This document shows positions 1-9,299 of a stretch of 64,000 nucleotides of DNA, in pieces. The DNA lies in NCBI GenBank assembly GCA_963712765.1, contig CAVQIX010000004.1, positions 496,503 to 560,502 on the forward strand, read 5' to 3'. Each line of letters begins with the position of its first letter. The first letter of the stretch is position 1. The DNA is from an uncultured Solirubrobacterales bacterium. Lineage in GTDB: Bacteria > Actinomycetota > Thermoleophilia > Solirubrobacterales > 70-9. The translations under genes were made by a program, and so were the position numbers. The notes beneath the pieces are model-generated. The model had not been told where the DNA came from. It did not search any database and saw nothing but the letters and a program-made list of their open reading frames with translations.

Positions 1-133
1 GCCTAGGCCGTGAATGAGGACCAGGGGCTCGCCCGAGCCACGTCCGCTGGTGGTCGATCTGCATGGGCGGATTATCCATACCCGTCGGCTCCGGCCCTGC
101 GGTTTCCGGTGGCCGTTCCATTAGCTTGAAGCT

Positions 134-1828
134 GTGAGAGCTGTCCGTCTGACGGTGCCGCCGGTGCTCGCGACCCTCCTGACCATGCTGGCTCTGCTGG
201 CCGGTCTGGCCCTCGCGAGCCCCGCCCCAGCCAGCGAGAACCCCGCCGGGCAGCCACCCTTCGGCGCCGAGCCGCTTGCCGATCTGCGCGAGGTGCCGGA
301 TACCGCGACGGTCCCCCCGGGCTTCCGCCTCAGCGCCGCCCGCGCGATCCGCCTCGCCGACGAGAGCGAGGTGATCGCGGCCGAGCTCGAGGAGAGCCCG
401 CGGATGCGCCCGACGGCTTTTACGCGCGGGCCGGACCGCTGGCAGATCAGCTACTTCGATCCCGACGGGAACGAGGTCGCGCAGGCGATCGTCGACGACC
501 GCAGCGATCAGGTGATCGAGGCGTGGCGCGACCAGCAGGTCGAGGTCAAGCTCGCCCGCGGCTACGAGAACGCCGTCGCCGGCAACGTCAACGAGGCCTG
601 GATCTGGATCCCGCTTTGCCTGCTGTTCTTCCTCCCCTTCTTCGACCCACGCAGGCCGTTCCGGCTCCTGCACCTCGACCTGCTGGTCCTGCTCTCCTTC
701 AGCCTCTCGCAGTTCTTCTTCAACAAGGGCGAGATCGTCACCTCGGTCCCGCTCGTCTATCCGGTCCTCGCCTACCTGTTCGTGCGGATGCTGGTTGCCG
801 GGGTCTGGCCGCGGCTGCGGGGCGGAGCGCTGGTGCCGTACGTCCCGATCCGCTGGCTCGCCTACGCGGCCGTCGCCCTGGCCCTGTTCAGGGTCGGCCT
901 CAACATCGTCGACTCGCAGGTGATCGACATCGGCTTCGCCGGGGTGGTCGGGGCCGATCGGATCTCCTCCGGCGAGGGGATCTACGACGGGCAGTTCAGC
1001 CCCTTGATCGATCGCGGCGACTCCTACGGCCCGCTCAACTACCTGCTGTACGTGCCGTTCGAGGCGATCTTCCCCTACGGCGGGGGGCTCGAGCCGCTGC
1101 CGGCCGCCCACGCCTTCTCGATCTTCTTCGACCTGGTCGTGGTCGGACTGCTGGTGGCCGTCGGACGCAAGCTCCGTGGCGGGGCCGAGGGCCGGGCGCT
1201 CGGCGTCGCGCTCGCCTTCGCCTGGCTCGCCTACCCCTACACGCTGTATGCGCTCAACGCCAACGGCAACGATGCGGTCGTGGCGGCGGCGGTCCTCGCC
1301 GCCTTGCTCGCGCTCGGCTCGGCGCCGCTCCGCGGCGCCCTGATCGCGGCCGGCGGCGCCGCCAAGTTCGGGCCGCTGGCGCTGGCGCCGCTGTTCGCCG
1401 CGGGGCGCGGCCTCAACCGCGGTCGCGCGCTGATCCCCTTCGCGCTCGCCTTCGCCGTGGTCTGGTTCGTGGTTCTGATCCCGTTGCTCCCCGACGGCGG
1501 CCTGCGCGAGTTCTACGACCGCAGCTTCGGCTACCAGGCCTCGCGCGGGTCGCCGTTCAGCGTCTGGGGACTCGAGCCCTCGCTCGAGTGGCTGCAGGAG
1601 ATCGCGCGCGCGTTCCCGATCGTGTTCGGGATCGGCCTCTTCTTCCTGCCGCGGCAGCGCACCGAAGTCCAGATCGCGGCGCTCGGCGCGGCGCTGCTGA
1701 TCGCCACCCAGGTGGGCTCGACCCACTGGTTCTACTTCTTCATCCTCTGGTGGACGCCGCTGGTGCTCGTCAACGCCTTCGCGACCCAGCGCCGGATCAC
1801 ACGGGAGGCCTCGGCCCCGAGCGCCTGA
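134..1828 (+). CDS. polytopic integral membrane protein; possible GT-C-type glycosyltransferase (function uncertain)
   Basis: 564-aa ORF with GTG start. Signal/TM-like N-terminus (LLTMLALLAGLALASPAPA), a ~110-aa soluble loop, then >=10 hydrophobic helices. G/C-dominated third positions. The overlapping 523..1881 frame is an Arg/Pro shadow. Confidence 0.8.
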   Translation: MRAVRLTVPPVLATLLTMLALLAGLALASPAPASENPAGQPPFGAEPLADLREVPDTATVPPGFRLSAARAIRLADESEVIAAELEESPRMRPTAFTRGPDRWQISYFDPDGNEVAQAIVDDRSDQVIEAWRDQQVEVKLARGYENAVAGNVNEAWIWIPLCLLFFLPFFDPRRPFRLLHLDLLVLLSFSLSQFFFNKGEIVTSVPLVYPVLAYLFVRMLVAGVWPRLRGGALVPYVPIRWLAYAAVALALFRVGLNIVDSQVIDIGFAGVVGADRISSGEGIYDGQFSPLIDRGDSYGPLNYLLYVPFEAIFPYGGGLEPLPAAHAFSIFFDLVVVGLLVAVGRKLRGGAEGRALGVALAFAWLAYPYTLYALNANGNDAVVAAAVLAALLALGSAPLRGALIAAGGAAKFGPLALAPLFAAGRGLNRGRALIPFALAFAVVWFVVLIPLLPDGGLREFYDRSFGYQASRGSPFSVWGLEPSLEWLQEIARAFPIVFGIGLFFLPRQRTEVQIAALGAALLIATQVGSTHWFYFFILWWTPLVLVNAFATQRRITREASAPSA

Positions 1829-1834
1829 GGCCGC

Positions 1835-2716
1835 TCAGCGGGCGATCGTCGTCCGCAGCTCCCCGAGCGTCGGCGAGCTGACCGTGACCTCGTCGCCGTC
1901 GGCGAGCCAGACCTGCGGCTTGCGCGTGCCCCCGACCCCCGCCGGCGTCCCGGTCGAGACGATGTCGCCGGGCTCGAGCGTCATCAGCGTCGAGAGGTGG
2001 GAGACGAGCTCGGCGACACCGAAGACCAGATCCCCGGTGTCGGATGCCTGCATCCGCTCGCCGTTGAGATCGAGCGCGATCCCGATCGAGTCCGGCGGGC
2101 CCGCCTCCTCCGGCGTCACCAGCCACGGCCCGCAGGGGGCTGAGCCGTCGAAGACCTTTCCGGGGATCCACTGCGGGGTGGCGAACTGCAGATCACGGGC
2201 GGAGAGGTCGTTGAGCAGGGTGTATCCGGCGACGTGGTCGAGCGCGACGGCGCCGGCAACCTCCTTCGCCCGGCGGCCGATCACGAAGGCGACCTCCGCT
2301 TCGTAGTCGACCTTCCCGCTCGCGGCGGGAAGGGTGACGGTCGCACCGTCCGGGACCAGGGCGTTGGCGAACTTCGCGAAGAAGGTCGGCGAGTCGGGCG
2401 GCTCGAGCCCGGCCTCGGCGGCGTGGGCCCGGTAGTTGAGGCCGATGCAGACGATCTTCTGCGGGTCGGTGATCGGCGGCAGCAACTCGAGCTCCTCCGC
2501 CGGCCCGGCGGACGGGGCACCCTCGGCTGCGGCTGCGGCCCGATCGGAGCCGACCGTCTCCAGCAGGGCGCGGAGTCCCGCCGGGGAAGCGGGACCGCGA
2601 CCTCGGCCCGGCGGTCTGTACTCCCGGTCGAGGGCGTCCCACAGGTCGACGATCTCCCCGTCGCGAACGGCGCCGGCGCGAGCTCCTCTCGGCGAGGCGT
2701 AGGTGACCAGCTTCAC
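1835..2716 (-). CDS. fumarylacetoacetate hydrolase (FAH) family protein
   Basis: 293 aa with FAH-family motifs: KIVCIGLNYRAHAAE, VDYEAEVAFVIG, GYTLLNDLSARDLQ, GDIVSTGTPAGVG. Confidence 0.9.
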   Translation of the reverse strand: MKLVTYASPRGARAGAVRDGEIVDLWDALDREYRPPGRGRGPASPAGLRALLETVGSDRAAAAAEGAPSAGPAEELELLPPITDPQKIVCIGLNYRAHAAEAGLEPPDSPTFFAKFANALVPDGATVTLPAASGKVDYEAEVAFVIGRRAKEVAGAVALDHVAGYTLLNDLSARDLQFATPQWIPGKVFDGSAPCGPWLVTPEEAGPPDSIGIALDLNGERMQASDTGDLVFGVAELVSHLSTLMTLEPGDIVSTGTPAGVGGTRKPQVWLADGDEVTVSSPTLGELRTTIAR

Positions 2717-2791
2717 GCTCTGAGCCTATCCATCCGACCGTGCCATAATCGCCGACCCCGGGCCGCCAGGCCCGAGACCCAAGCCCACCTT

Positions 2792-2865
<74 letters not shown>

Positions 2866-3091
2866 TTCCTCCCTGCCCGAGATTCCCACCGGCGAACCGA
2901 CTCGGCACCCCGCGCAAACGGGTGAGCGATGAGAAACGACAGCGGGCCGGACGGAGTTCATCGCTCGGCGGGCCGGGTCCGGTCCGAGGGCCGCCGGGAG
3001 TGCGGTCGCCGTCACCAACCGGTTACACAACCGGGCGCGAATATGAAAGGATCGGCTTACACGTTTCGATCAATCCGCCCGAGGAGGCCTG

Positions 3092-3874
3092 ATGCCCGAG
3101 ATGACCAGCTACGACCACGGGACCCCGTCCTGGGTCGACGTGTCCAGCCCCGATGTCGATGCCGCGGTCGATTTCTACGAGAAGCTCTTCGGCTGGGAAG
3201 CATCCGAGCCCGGGGACCCGGCCGAGACCGGTGGGTACCGGATGCTGATGCAGGACGGCAAGGCCGTCGCCGGCGCCGGCCCGATCCAGCAGGAGGGACA
3301 ACCGGCGTCCTGGCTCAGCTACGTCACCGTCGATGATGCCGACGCGGTGGCGGAGAAGGTCAAGCAGGCCGGTGGAGCGACCATCGCCGAGCCGATGGAC
3401 GTGATGACGGCCGGGAGGATGGCAATCTTCGCCGATCCGGCGGGCGCCGCATTCGCGGTTTGGCAGGCTCAGGATCACATCGGATCGGAGCTGGTCAACG
3501 AGCCCAACTCGCTCGTCTGGAATGAGCTTCAGACGCGGGACACCGAGGGCGCGAAGTCCTTCTACGCGGACGTCTTCGGCTGGGAGGACATGCAGTCCGA
3601 GCAGATGGACGGCTACACGATCTGGACGGTTGGTGGCGATGCGCCCGAGAACGGCAAGGGCGGAATGGTCGATATGGCCGGCTTCGACATTCCGGATGAG
3701 GTGCCGCCGCATTGGGACGTCAACTTCGCGGTCGCCGATGCTGACGCGATAGCGGCGAAGTGCGAGGAGCTCGGCGGAACCGTCGTCGTCACCGCCGATG
3801 GATATCCCCGTCGGGCGGATGGCGGGCCTGCAGGATCCAGCCGGCGCGATGTTCAGCGTGATCAAGTTGAGTGA
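3092..3874 (+). CDS. two-domain VOC (glyoxalase/bleomycin-resistance fold) protein, apparently frameshifted near codon 234
   Basis: GAGGAGG RBS before the ATG. Duplicated VOC module (GTPSWVDVSS...FYEKLFGWEA and NSLVWNELQT...FYADVFGWED). The conserved C-terminal strand (PPMDIPVGRMAGLQDPAGAMFSVIKL) is readable only in another frame, 3792..3890. Confidence 0.8.
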   Translation: MPEMTSYDHGTPSWVDVSSPDVDAAVDFYEKLFGWEASEPGDPAETGGYRMLMQDGKAVAGAGPIQQEGQPASWLSYVTVDDADAVAEKVKQAGGATIAEPMDVMTAGRMAIFADPAGAAFAVWQAQDHIGSELVNEPNSLVWNELQTRDTEGAKSFYADVFGWEDMQSEQMDGYTIWTVGGDAPENGKGGMVDMAGFDIPDEVPPHWDVNFAVADADAIAAKCEELGGTVVVTADGYPRRADGGPAGSSRRDVQRDQVE

Positions 3875-3908
3875 GGCCGAGGCCGAGTAACCGGCCTGGG
3901 AGCGGTCA

Positions 3909-3935
3909 CGCCCGCCGGACGCCTTCCGGCGGGCG
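3909..3935. terminator. bidirectional GC hairpin between convergent VOC and ferritin genes
   Basis: Perfect 11-bp stem cgcccgccgga / tccggcgggcg with 5-nt loop cgcct. No U-tract, which is usual in high-GC genomes. It sits between the two stop codons. Confidence 0.55.
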
Positions 3936-3960
3936 AGCGCCCGGTCGGGCAGCTCGACCT

Positions 3961-4494
3961 TCAGACCCCTCCCCCGGCAGCGCCGGGGGCCGTCGGATCG
4001 CCGCCCTCCTCGCCGAGGGTCTCGCGGGCGAGGTACTCCTCGGCCATCAGCGGATTGTCCCTGGCGCGCTCGACCACCTTGAGCAGGTCGGAGGCCGTCG
4101 AGACCTCCTCGACCTGCTCCTTGATGAACCACTGCATGAACTGCTCGCCCTGGTAGTCGCCGTCTCCGCGGGCGCTCGCGGCGAGCGCGTTGATCTGCTC
4201 GCTGACCCGCTTCTCCTGCGCGAGAGCAAGCTCGACCGGCTCGACGATGTCGGAGAACGAGGTCTTCGGCCCCTCGACGGCGGGGATCACGGCGGGGTGG
4301 TCGGCGTCGAGCAGGTACTGGACGATCATCATCGCGTGGTTGCGCTCTTCGAGCGCTTGGCGGTAGTAGAAGGAGGCGAGCCGGGGAAGCGTCTCGCCGT
4401 CGAAGTAGACCGCGATCGCGACGTACTGCTGGTGGGCCGCGAACTCGTGCGCGACCTGCTCGTTGAGCAGTTCCGGGAAAGACTTCTCTGACAT
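3961..4494 (-). CDS. ferritin (non-haem, BfrB-like)
   Basis: 177 aa. Four-helix ferritin motifs LNEQVAHEFAAHQQYVAIAVYF, ALEERNHAMMIVQYL, EQFMQWFIKEQVEE. Confidence 0.9.
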   Translation of the reverse strand: MSEKSFPELLNEQVAHEFAAHQQYVAIAVYFDGETLPRLASFYYRQALEERNHAMMIVQYLLDADHPAVIPAVEGPKTSFSDIVEPVELALAQEKRVSEQINALAASARGDGDYQGEQFMQWFIKEQVEEVSTASDLLKVVERARDNPLMAEEYLARETLGEEGGDPTAPGAAGGGV

Positions 4495-4575
4495 CTGTGG
4501 GCGCTCCTTGCGGGTTGCGGAAGGGCTCCGACGAAGCTAGCGAAGATCCGGAATTAGGCCGGCCGTCCTGATCGG

Positions 4576-5673
4576 TTAGGCGAACCGAAACCCGCTCGCG
4601 GCCGCCTCCAGCTCCATCGGGCTGATCGGCAGACCCGCGGGCGGATTCGTCTCGTTGTAGCCGCGCGGGGCGACGTCGTTGGGGGTCTCGGGGTGCATCA
4701 ACGCGGCGAGCAGCTGGATGTGGTCGCGCCCGACCCCGAGCTCGGTCTGGCCGCCGCCGTAGGCCCCGATGCCCTCCCGCTCGCAGTACTCGTAGGCGCC
4801 GAACAACTCCTGCAGGCTGCCGATCCGGGACGGCTTGACGTTGACTATGCGCGGCTTGTGGGAGAGGTTCTCGATGTCGGCGACCGAGTGGATCGGGGCG
4901 TCCCAGGTGACGCGATCGATGTACGGCTCAAGCGCCGGGCGGGTCTCGTCGTTGAGCTCCGGGTCCTCGAGCCAGGCGTCGGGGAAGGCCTGTGCGAAGC
5001 GCGTGTAGAACTCGGCGCTCGCCTCGACGTCGACCGGGGTGTCCTCGTAACAGCCCTTGAGGTCGAGGGAATCCACCGAGCCGCTCTCGACCAGCCACCC
5101 GATCACCTCGTCGCTCCAGTCGGGCTGGGGATCGAGCTTGAAGCGGAGGCCCGGGTAGGCATCGAGGCGGGAGCGGATCGGCGCCAGGACGTGGTCGGCG
5201 TCGCCCTCCTCGGCCGGGTTCGCGCGCACCGAGGCGACGAAGTTGAGCGGTCGCAGCTCGCGCCCCACCGCGTCCGTGAGCGAGCGACCGGCCTGTCGGA
5301 GGGCGAGATCGAGGGCGGCGCTCTCGAACGCCCAGCGCCGGTAGAGGCGAGAGAAGTCGCGGATCGGAGGAGCTCCGGGAAAGAGGTCGAGCCCCGCCAC
5401 CAGCTCGCAGAGCTCCCCCAGCGTGCCCGGGCCGCTGAGGTCGTGGATCGGCCCGACGTCGCGGTGGGCGATGTGGTCGAGGTCGTCGTAAACGACGTCC
5501 TCCCCGGCCCCGCTCTCAGCGTCGCCGTGCAGCGTCACCAGGGTCGAGGGGCGTGTGAATCCCGATTCGAACGTCCTGTCGAGTGCCTTCAGCTCGTAAG
5601 AGTCGATCTGGATGGGCAGCTCGGCAAGTTGCTCATAGAGGTTCATCGGTCCAATGTATTCGACGAAAAGCAT
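4576..5673 (-). CDS. conserved hypothetical; enolase-superfamily (MR/MLE-like) C-terminal barrel suspected
   Basis: 365-aa ORF with good G/C third positions. The segment NVKPSRIGSLQELFGAYEYCEREGIGAYGGGQTELGVGRDHIQLLAAL resembles MR/MLE barrel ends. An alternative start MNLYEQ at 5646 is plausible. Confidence 0.6.
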   Translation of the reverse strand: MLFVEYIGPMNLYEQLAELPIQIDSYELKALDRTFESGFTRPSTLVTLHGDAESGAGEDVVYDDLDHIAHRDVGPIHDLSGPGTLGELCELVAGLDLFPGAPPIRDFSRLYRRWAFESAALDLALRQAGRSLTDAVGRELRPLNFVASVRANPAEEGDADHVLAPIRSRLDAYPGLRFKLDPQPDWSDEVIGWLVESGSVDSLDLKGCYEDTPVDVEASAEFYTRFAQAFPDAWLEDPELNDETRPALEPYIDRVTWDAPIHSVADIENLSHKPRIVNVKPSRIGSLQELFGAYEYCEREGIGAYGGGQTELGVGRDHIQLLAALMHPETPNDVAPRGYNETNPPAGLPISPMELEAAASGFRFA

Positions 5674-5689
5674 CTAGGCTCGACCGCCC

Positions 5690-6667
5690 ATGGAGCTCGA
5701 TTCCACCACGATCGAGATCGTGTCGCTCGTGGCGGTTATCGCGGTCGCCTCGTTCGTCGATCTCAGGCTGTTCGGTCGCAAGGGCGAGCCGAGCTTCCGC
5801 GAAGCCGCGTGGTGGTCGGTCGGCTGGCTCGCGGTCGCGGGCGTCGCCGCGCTCGTTCTCTGGGCCGAGCGCGGCAGCGACGACGCGATCCTGTTCACCA
5901 CCGTCTACCTGATCGAGCGCTCGCTCTCGATCGACAACGTCTTCGTCTTCCTGCTGCTGTTCAGCTACTTCGCGATCGAGCCTCGCCACCGCCCGCGGCT
6001 GATCATCATCGGGATCGTCTTCGCGCTGATCCTGCGCGGCCTCGCGATCGTCGGCGGCATCGAGCTGCTCGATCGATTCGACTTCCTCATCTACGTCCTC
6101 GCCGCGGGCCTGCTGGTCCTCGCAATCCGCATCTTCAGGGGCCTGGACGACGGCATCGACGTCGAGCGCAACCTGATGATCCGCACCGCACGCCGGATCT
6201 TCCCCGTCGACACCGAGCGCCACGATGGGAGCTGGTTCGTCCGCCACGAGGGCCGCCTCCACACGACGCCGATCTTCCTCTGCTTCGTCGGCCTCGTCTT
6301 CACCGACATCGTCTTCGCGATCGACTCGATCCCGGCCGCCTTCGCGATCACCAGAGACAGCTTCATCATCTGGTCCGCCAACGTCTTCGCGCTGCTCGGT
6401 CTGCGGGCGCTGATCGTGCTCGTCGATCGCCTGATCGAGAAGTTCCAGTACCTCGACCAGACGATCGCGGTGGTGCTCGGCGCGATCGGGCTGAAGCTGA
6501 TCCTCGAGGAGGCCCACGTCGTCGAGGTGGACCCCGTTCTCTCACTCGCGATCGTGGCCGCGATCTTCGCCGTCGGGATCACGATCTCGGTACTGTTCGG
6601 CGATGAGGACGCCGGCCGGCCCGACCCCTCGGGGGGAGAGCCGGCGGGTCAGGATTCCGGGGCGTGA
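5690..6667 (+). CDS. TerC family integral membrane protein
   Basis: 325 aa with TerC signatures: TVYLIERSLSIDNVFVFLLLF, FAIDSIPAAFAIT, SANVFALLGLRAL. Confidence 0.9.
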   Translation: MELDSTTIEIVSLVAVIAVASFVDLRLFGRKGEPSFREAAWWSVGWLAVAGVAALVLWAERGSDDAILFTTVYLIERSLSIDNVFVFLLLFSYFAIEPRHRPRLIIIGIVFALILRGLAIVGGIELLDRFDFLIYVLAAGLLVLAIRIFRGLDDGIDVERNLMIRTARRIFPVDTERHDGSWFVRHEGRLHTTPIFLCFVGLVFTDIVFAIDSIPAAFAITRDSFIIWSANVFALLGLRALIVLVDRLIEKFQYLDQTIAVVLGAIGLKLILEEAHVVEVDPVLSLAIVAAIFAVGITISVLFGDEDAGRPDPSGGEPAGQDSGA

Positions 6668-6689
6668 GGCTCTGAGCCGGCAGCCGCGG

Positions 6690-7625
6690 TCAGCCGCGGC
6701 GGCGGAGGGCGAGCAAGCCCAACATCGCATGGGCGAGGTTGGCCGCCAGCAGCGAGGTCACCTGACCGGGGCTGTCGTAGGGGGGCGAGACCTCGACGAC
6801 ATCGAAGCCACGGAAGTCGATCCCCACCAGCTCCCGCACGAACCCCAGGGCCTCGGCGCTGGTCGGCCCGCCGACCTCGGGGGTGCCGGTTGCCGGGGCG
6901 AAGGCGGGGTCGACGAAGTCGATGTCGAAGCTGAGAAAGGCTGCCGACCCGCCGACCCGCTCCCTGACTCGCTCGCCGTATGCCCGCGGCCCCAGCACTG
7001 CGAGCTGCGGCCATGGCACGACCTCGAAGCCGAGCTCGCGCGCATCCCCCAGGTCGCGTGCTGAATAGCCGGGCCCCCGCATGCCGGCCAGAAGCGAGCG
7101 GGCCGGATCGATCAGGCCCTCCTCTACGGCGCGCTTGAACGGCGTGCCGTGAAAGTAGCGCTGACCCATGTAGGAGTCCCAAGTGTCGGCGTGGGAGTCG
7201 AGCAGGACCAGGGCCAGCGGCCCGTGGGTCGCCGCCAGGGCGCGCAGCTCGCCGAGGGCGACGAGGTGATCCCCGCCGAGCACGAGGGGCGCTACGCCGG
7301 CGGCGGCGATCGGCTCCAGTTGCTCGGCAATCTGGGCTACCGCGCGTTCGGCGTCGCCTGGACTGAGGCCGACGTCGCCCCAATCGACGATCGAGAGCTC
7401 CTCAAGCGTCGCGACCTCGAGCACCGGGTCCCACTCGCGGAGCAGGACCGAGGCCGAGCGGATCGCCTCCGGTCCGAACCTCGCCCCGGTCCGGTAGCTC
7501 GCGCCGGTGTCGAACGGGACACCCGCGATCGCCGCATCGACGCCGTCGAGGTCGCGGCTGTGGGGCTTCCGCGCGAAGGTGCGGATGCCGCTGATTCGGG
7601 GAGTGGCCTCGGCAGGATCCGCCAT
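6690..7625 (-). CDS. speB: agmatinase (arginase/ureohydrolase family)
   Basis: 311 aa. GVPFDTGASYRTGARFGPEAIR, LGGDHLV, LLDSHADTW, SFDIDFVDPAFAPATGTPEVGG (Mn-binding motifs of the family). Confidence 0.85.
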   Translation of the reverse strand: MADPAEATPRISGIRTFARKPHSRDLDGVDAAIAGVPFDTGASYRTGARFGPEAIRSASVLLREWDPVLEVATLEELSIVDWGDVGLSPGDAERAVAQIAEQLEPIAAAGVAPLVLGGDHLVALGELRALAATHGPLALVLLDSHADTWDSYMGQRYFHGTPFKRAVEEGLIDPARSLLAGMRGPGYSARDLGDARELGFEVVPWPQLAVLGPRAYGERVRERVGGSAAFLSFDIDFVDPAFAPATGTPEVGGPTSAEALGFVRELVGIDFRGFDVVEVSPPYDSPGQVTSLLAANLAHAMLGLLALRRRG

Positions 7626-7634
7626 CTCGGTGCC

Positions 7635-9107
7635 CTAGCCCTGCTCCCGCGCGACCCTGATCGTCTTCAGCGACCGGTCGCTGGCGCCGCGTACCTGTCC
7701 GCCGTGGGCGAGGGAGTCGGCGATGTAGTCGAGGGTGGCGCGGGTGAGGCGCTCGCCGGGCAGGACGTTGGGCACGCCGGGAGGGTATGCGGCGAGCGAC
7801 TCGGAGGCGATCCGTCCCTCGGCCTGATCGAAACCGACCACGTCCTGGGGGCCGAGGAAGGCCTGGCGCGGAGTCATCTCCGGAGGCCCCCACGGCGGTG
7901 GCGGTGCGAACGGCTTCTCCCGGAGGGCGTCGTCGCGCCGGACCCGTTCGGCGGCGTCGCGGAGGGCGTCGAGCAGTCTGGCCCCGCTCTCACCGACCGC
8001 CTCGCCAATCCCGAACACCGCGACGACGACGTTCTCGGCGTAGAGCTCGGGCCAGACATTGTGCTCTCCCTGGAGCACCTCGGCAATCGCATGGCCGGTC
8101 GCTCCCGTGCCGCGGACGTCGACGGTTAGCCGCAACGGATCCCAGGCGTGAACGCTGGGATGCTCGGCGATTCCCTCGTCGAGGACGTCCAGCCCATCGA
8201 TCGCCCGGACCTCGTCGCGGAGCGCGTCGAGGGAGGCGATCGTCTCGGCAAGCAGCTCCTCGCCATCGACCGCGTTCTGGGATCGCGCCGCGTCGAGGGA
8301 GGCGGTCAGCAGGCCGCTGGGGCTGGTCGACTCGACCAGGGTCACGGCGCGGTCGAGGATCCGCTCGTCTACCCGTTCGGAGCCCTGGTGCAGGATCGCC
8401 GACTGCGTGATGCTTCCGCCCAGCTTGTGGACCGAGTTGAGGACGATGTCCGCGCCCTGGGAGAGGGCGTGCTCGGGGAGCTGGGGCGAGAAGGCGAGGT
8501 GCGCTCCCCACGACTCGTCGACGACCAGCGGCACCCCCCGGGAGTGTGCGACCTTCGCGAGCGAGGCGACGTCGGCCACCGCGCCGAAGTAGGTCGGCGA
8601 GACGGCCATCACCCCCACCGCCTCGGGCGCCTCGTCGAGGGCCTCCCGCAGCGTCGCGGGGTCGAGGCAGTGCGCAATCCCCATCTCGGCGTCGAGCTCG
8701 GGCGAGACGAAGGTGGGAGAGATGCCCGAGAGCACGAGGCCGTCGATGACCGAGGAGTGGACGTTGCGCTGGATCACGGCGCTATCCCCGAGATGGGCGA
8801 GCGCAATGCAGATCGCGTGGTTGCCGCCGGAGGCGCCGTTCGCCAGGAACCAGCTGCGGCGAGCCCCCCAGGCCTCGGCCGCCAGTCTCTGGGCCTGATG
8901 GAACGGCGTCTGCAGTGGATCGGGCCCGATGTCAATCCCCTCGAGTCCGGCGGGCAGGTCGAGCAGCAGGGCATCGCGACCGATCGCCTCTAGGAGCCGG
9001 GGGTCCGCGCCCGCTCCGCCCTTGTGCCCGGGGATGTGGAACCGACCGGGATTGCTGTGGGCCCGCTTGAGCAGTGCGTCGAGGTAGGGCGTCTCGGTCT
9101 GATCCAC
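7635..9107 (-). CDS. Orn/Lys/Arg decarboxylase family, PLP-dependent (probable arginine decarboxylase)
   Basis: 490 aa. FHIPGHKGG N-terminus, SVHKLGGSITQSA (PLP-lysine motif). Lies 9 nt upstream of agmatinase on the same strand. Confidence 0.85.
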   Translation of the reverse strand: MDQTETPYLDALLKRAHSNPGRFHIPGHKGGAGADPRLLEAIGRDALLLDLPAGLEGIDIGPDPLQTPFHQAQRLAAEAWGARRSWFLANGASGGNHAICIALAHLGDSAVIQRNVHSSVIDGLVLSGISPTFVSPELDAEMGIAHCLDPATLREALDEAPEAVGVMAVSPTYFGAVADVASLAKVAHSRGVPLVVDESWGAHLAFSPQLPEHALSQGADIVLNSVHKLGGSITQSAILHQGSERVDERILDRAVTLVESTSPSGLLTASLDAARSQNAVDGEELLAETIASLDALRDEVRAIDGLDVLDEGIAEHPSVHAWDPLRLTVDVRGTGATGHAIAEVLQGEHNVWPELYAENVVVAVFGIGEAVGESGARLLDALRDAAERVRRDDALREKPFAPPPPWGPPEMTPRQAFLGPQDVVGFDQAEGRIASESLAAYPPGVPNVLPGERLTRATLDYIADSLAHGGQVRGASDRSLKTIRVAREQG

Positions 9108-9299
9108 GACGCCAACTTACTCCTCCTCGTCCGAGATCCCGCCGGAGCCCAGCTCCGCTGCTAGCCTCCGGCCGTCGACGCAGATGCAAGACGACGACCT
9201 CCCTCGAAGTATCGGCCGCCATGCCCCCTCTGGGAGCCGGGGGGCCTACGCCCGGCCGCTGCCGTCCGTAACCGGCTCGGCGCGCCGAGCGTGTAGGCG

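Noticed and set aside
2866-3091. tRNA-Asp 3' flank as an integration site for a genomic island (226-nt non-coding stretch, 9-nt inverted repeat gagcgatga...tcatcgctc).
   Set aside because: There is no integrase or excisionase, I could not spot a repeat of the tRNA 3' end downstream, and the neighbouring genes are ordinary metabolic ones.
4495-4575. Possible IdeR/DtxR iron box upstream of the ferritin gene (ttaggccggccgtcctgat).
   Set aside because: It matches only about half of the 19-bp TTAGGTTAGGCTAACCTAA consensus and lacks dyad symmetry.
5646-5690. Mn-responsive yybP-ykoY riboswitch, often found before terC genes.
   Set aside because: The divergent gap is only 16-43 nt, far too short for a ~100-nt riboswitch.
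9108-9299. Mg-sensing M-box or another riboswitch ahead of the CorC/CNNM transporter gene.
   Set aside because: I could not find the conserved M-box core. The region is more simply a divergent promoter gap. A covariance-model scan would be needed to be sure.
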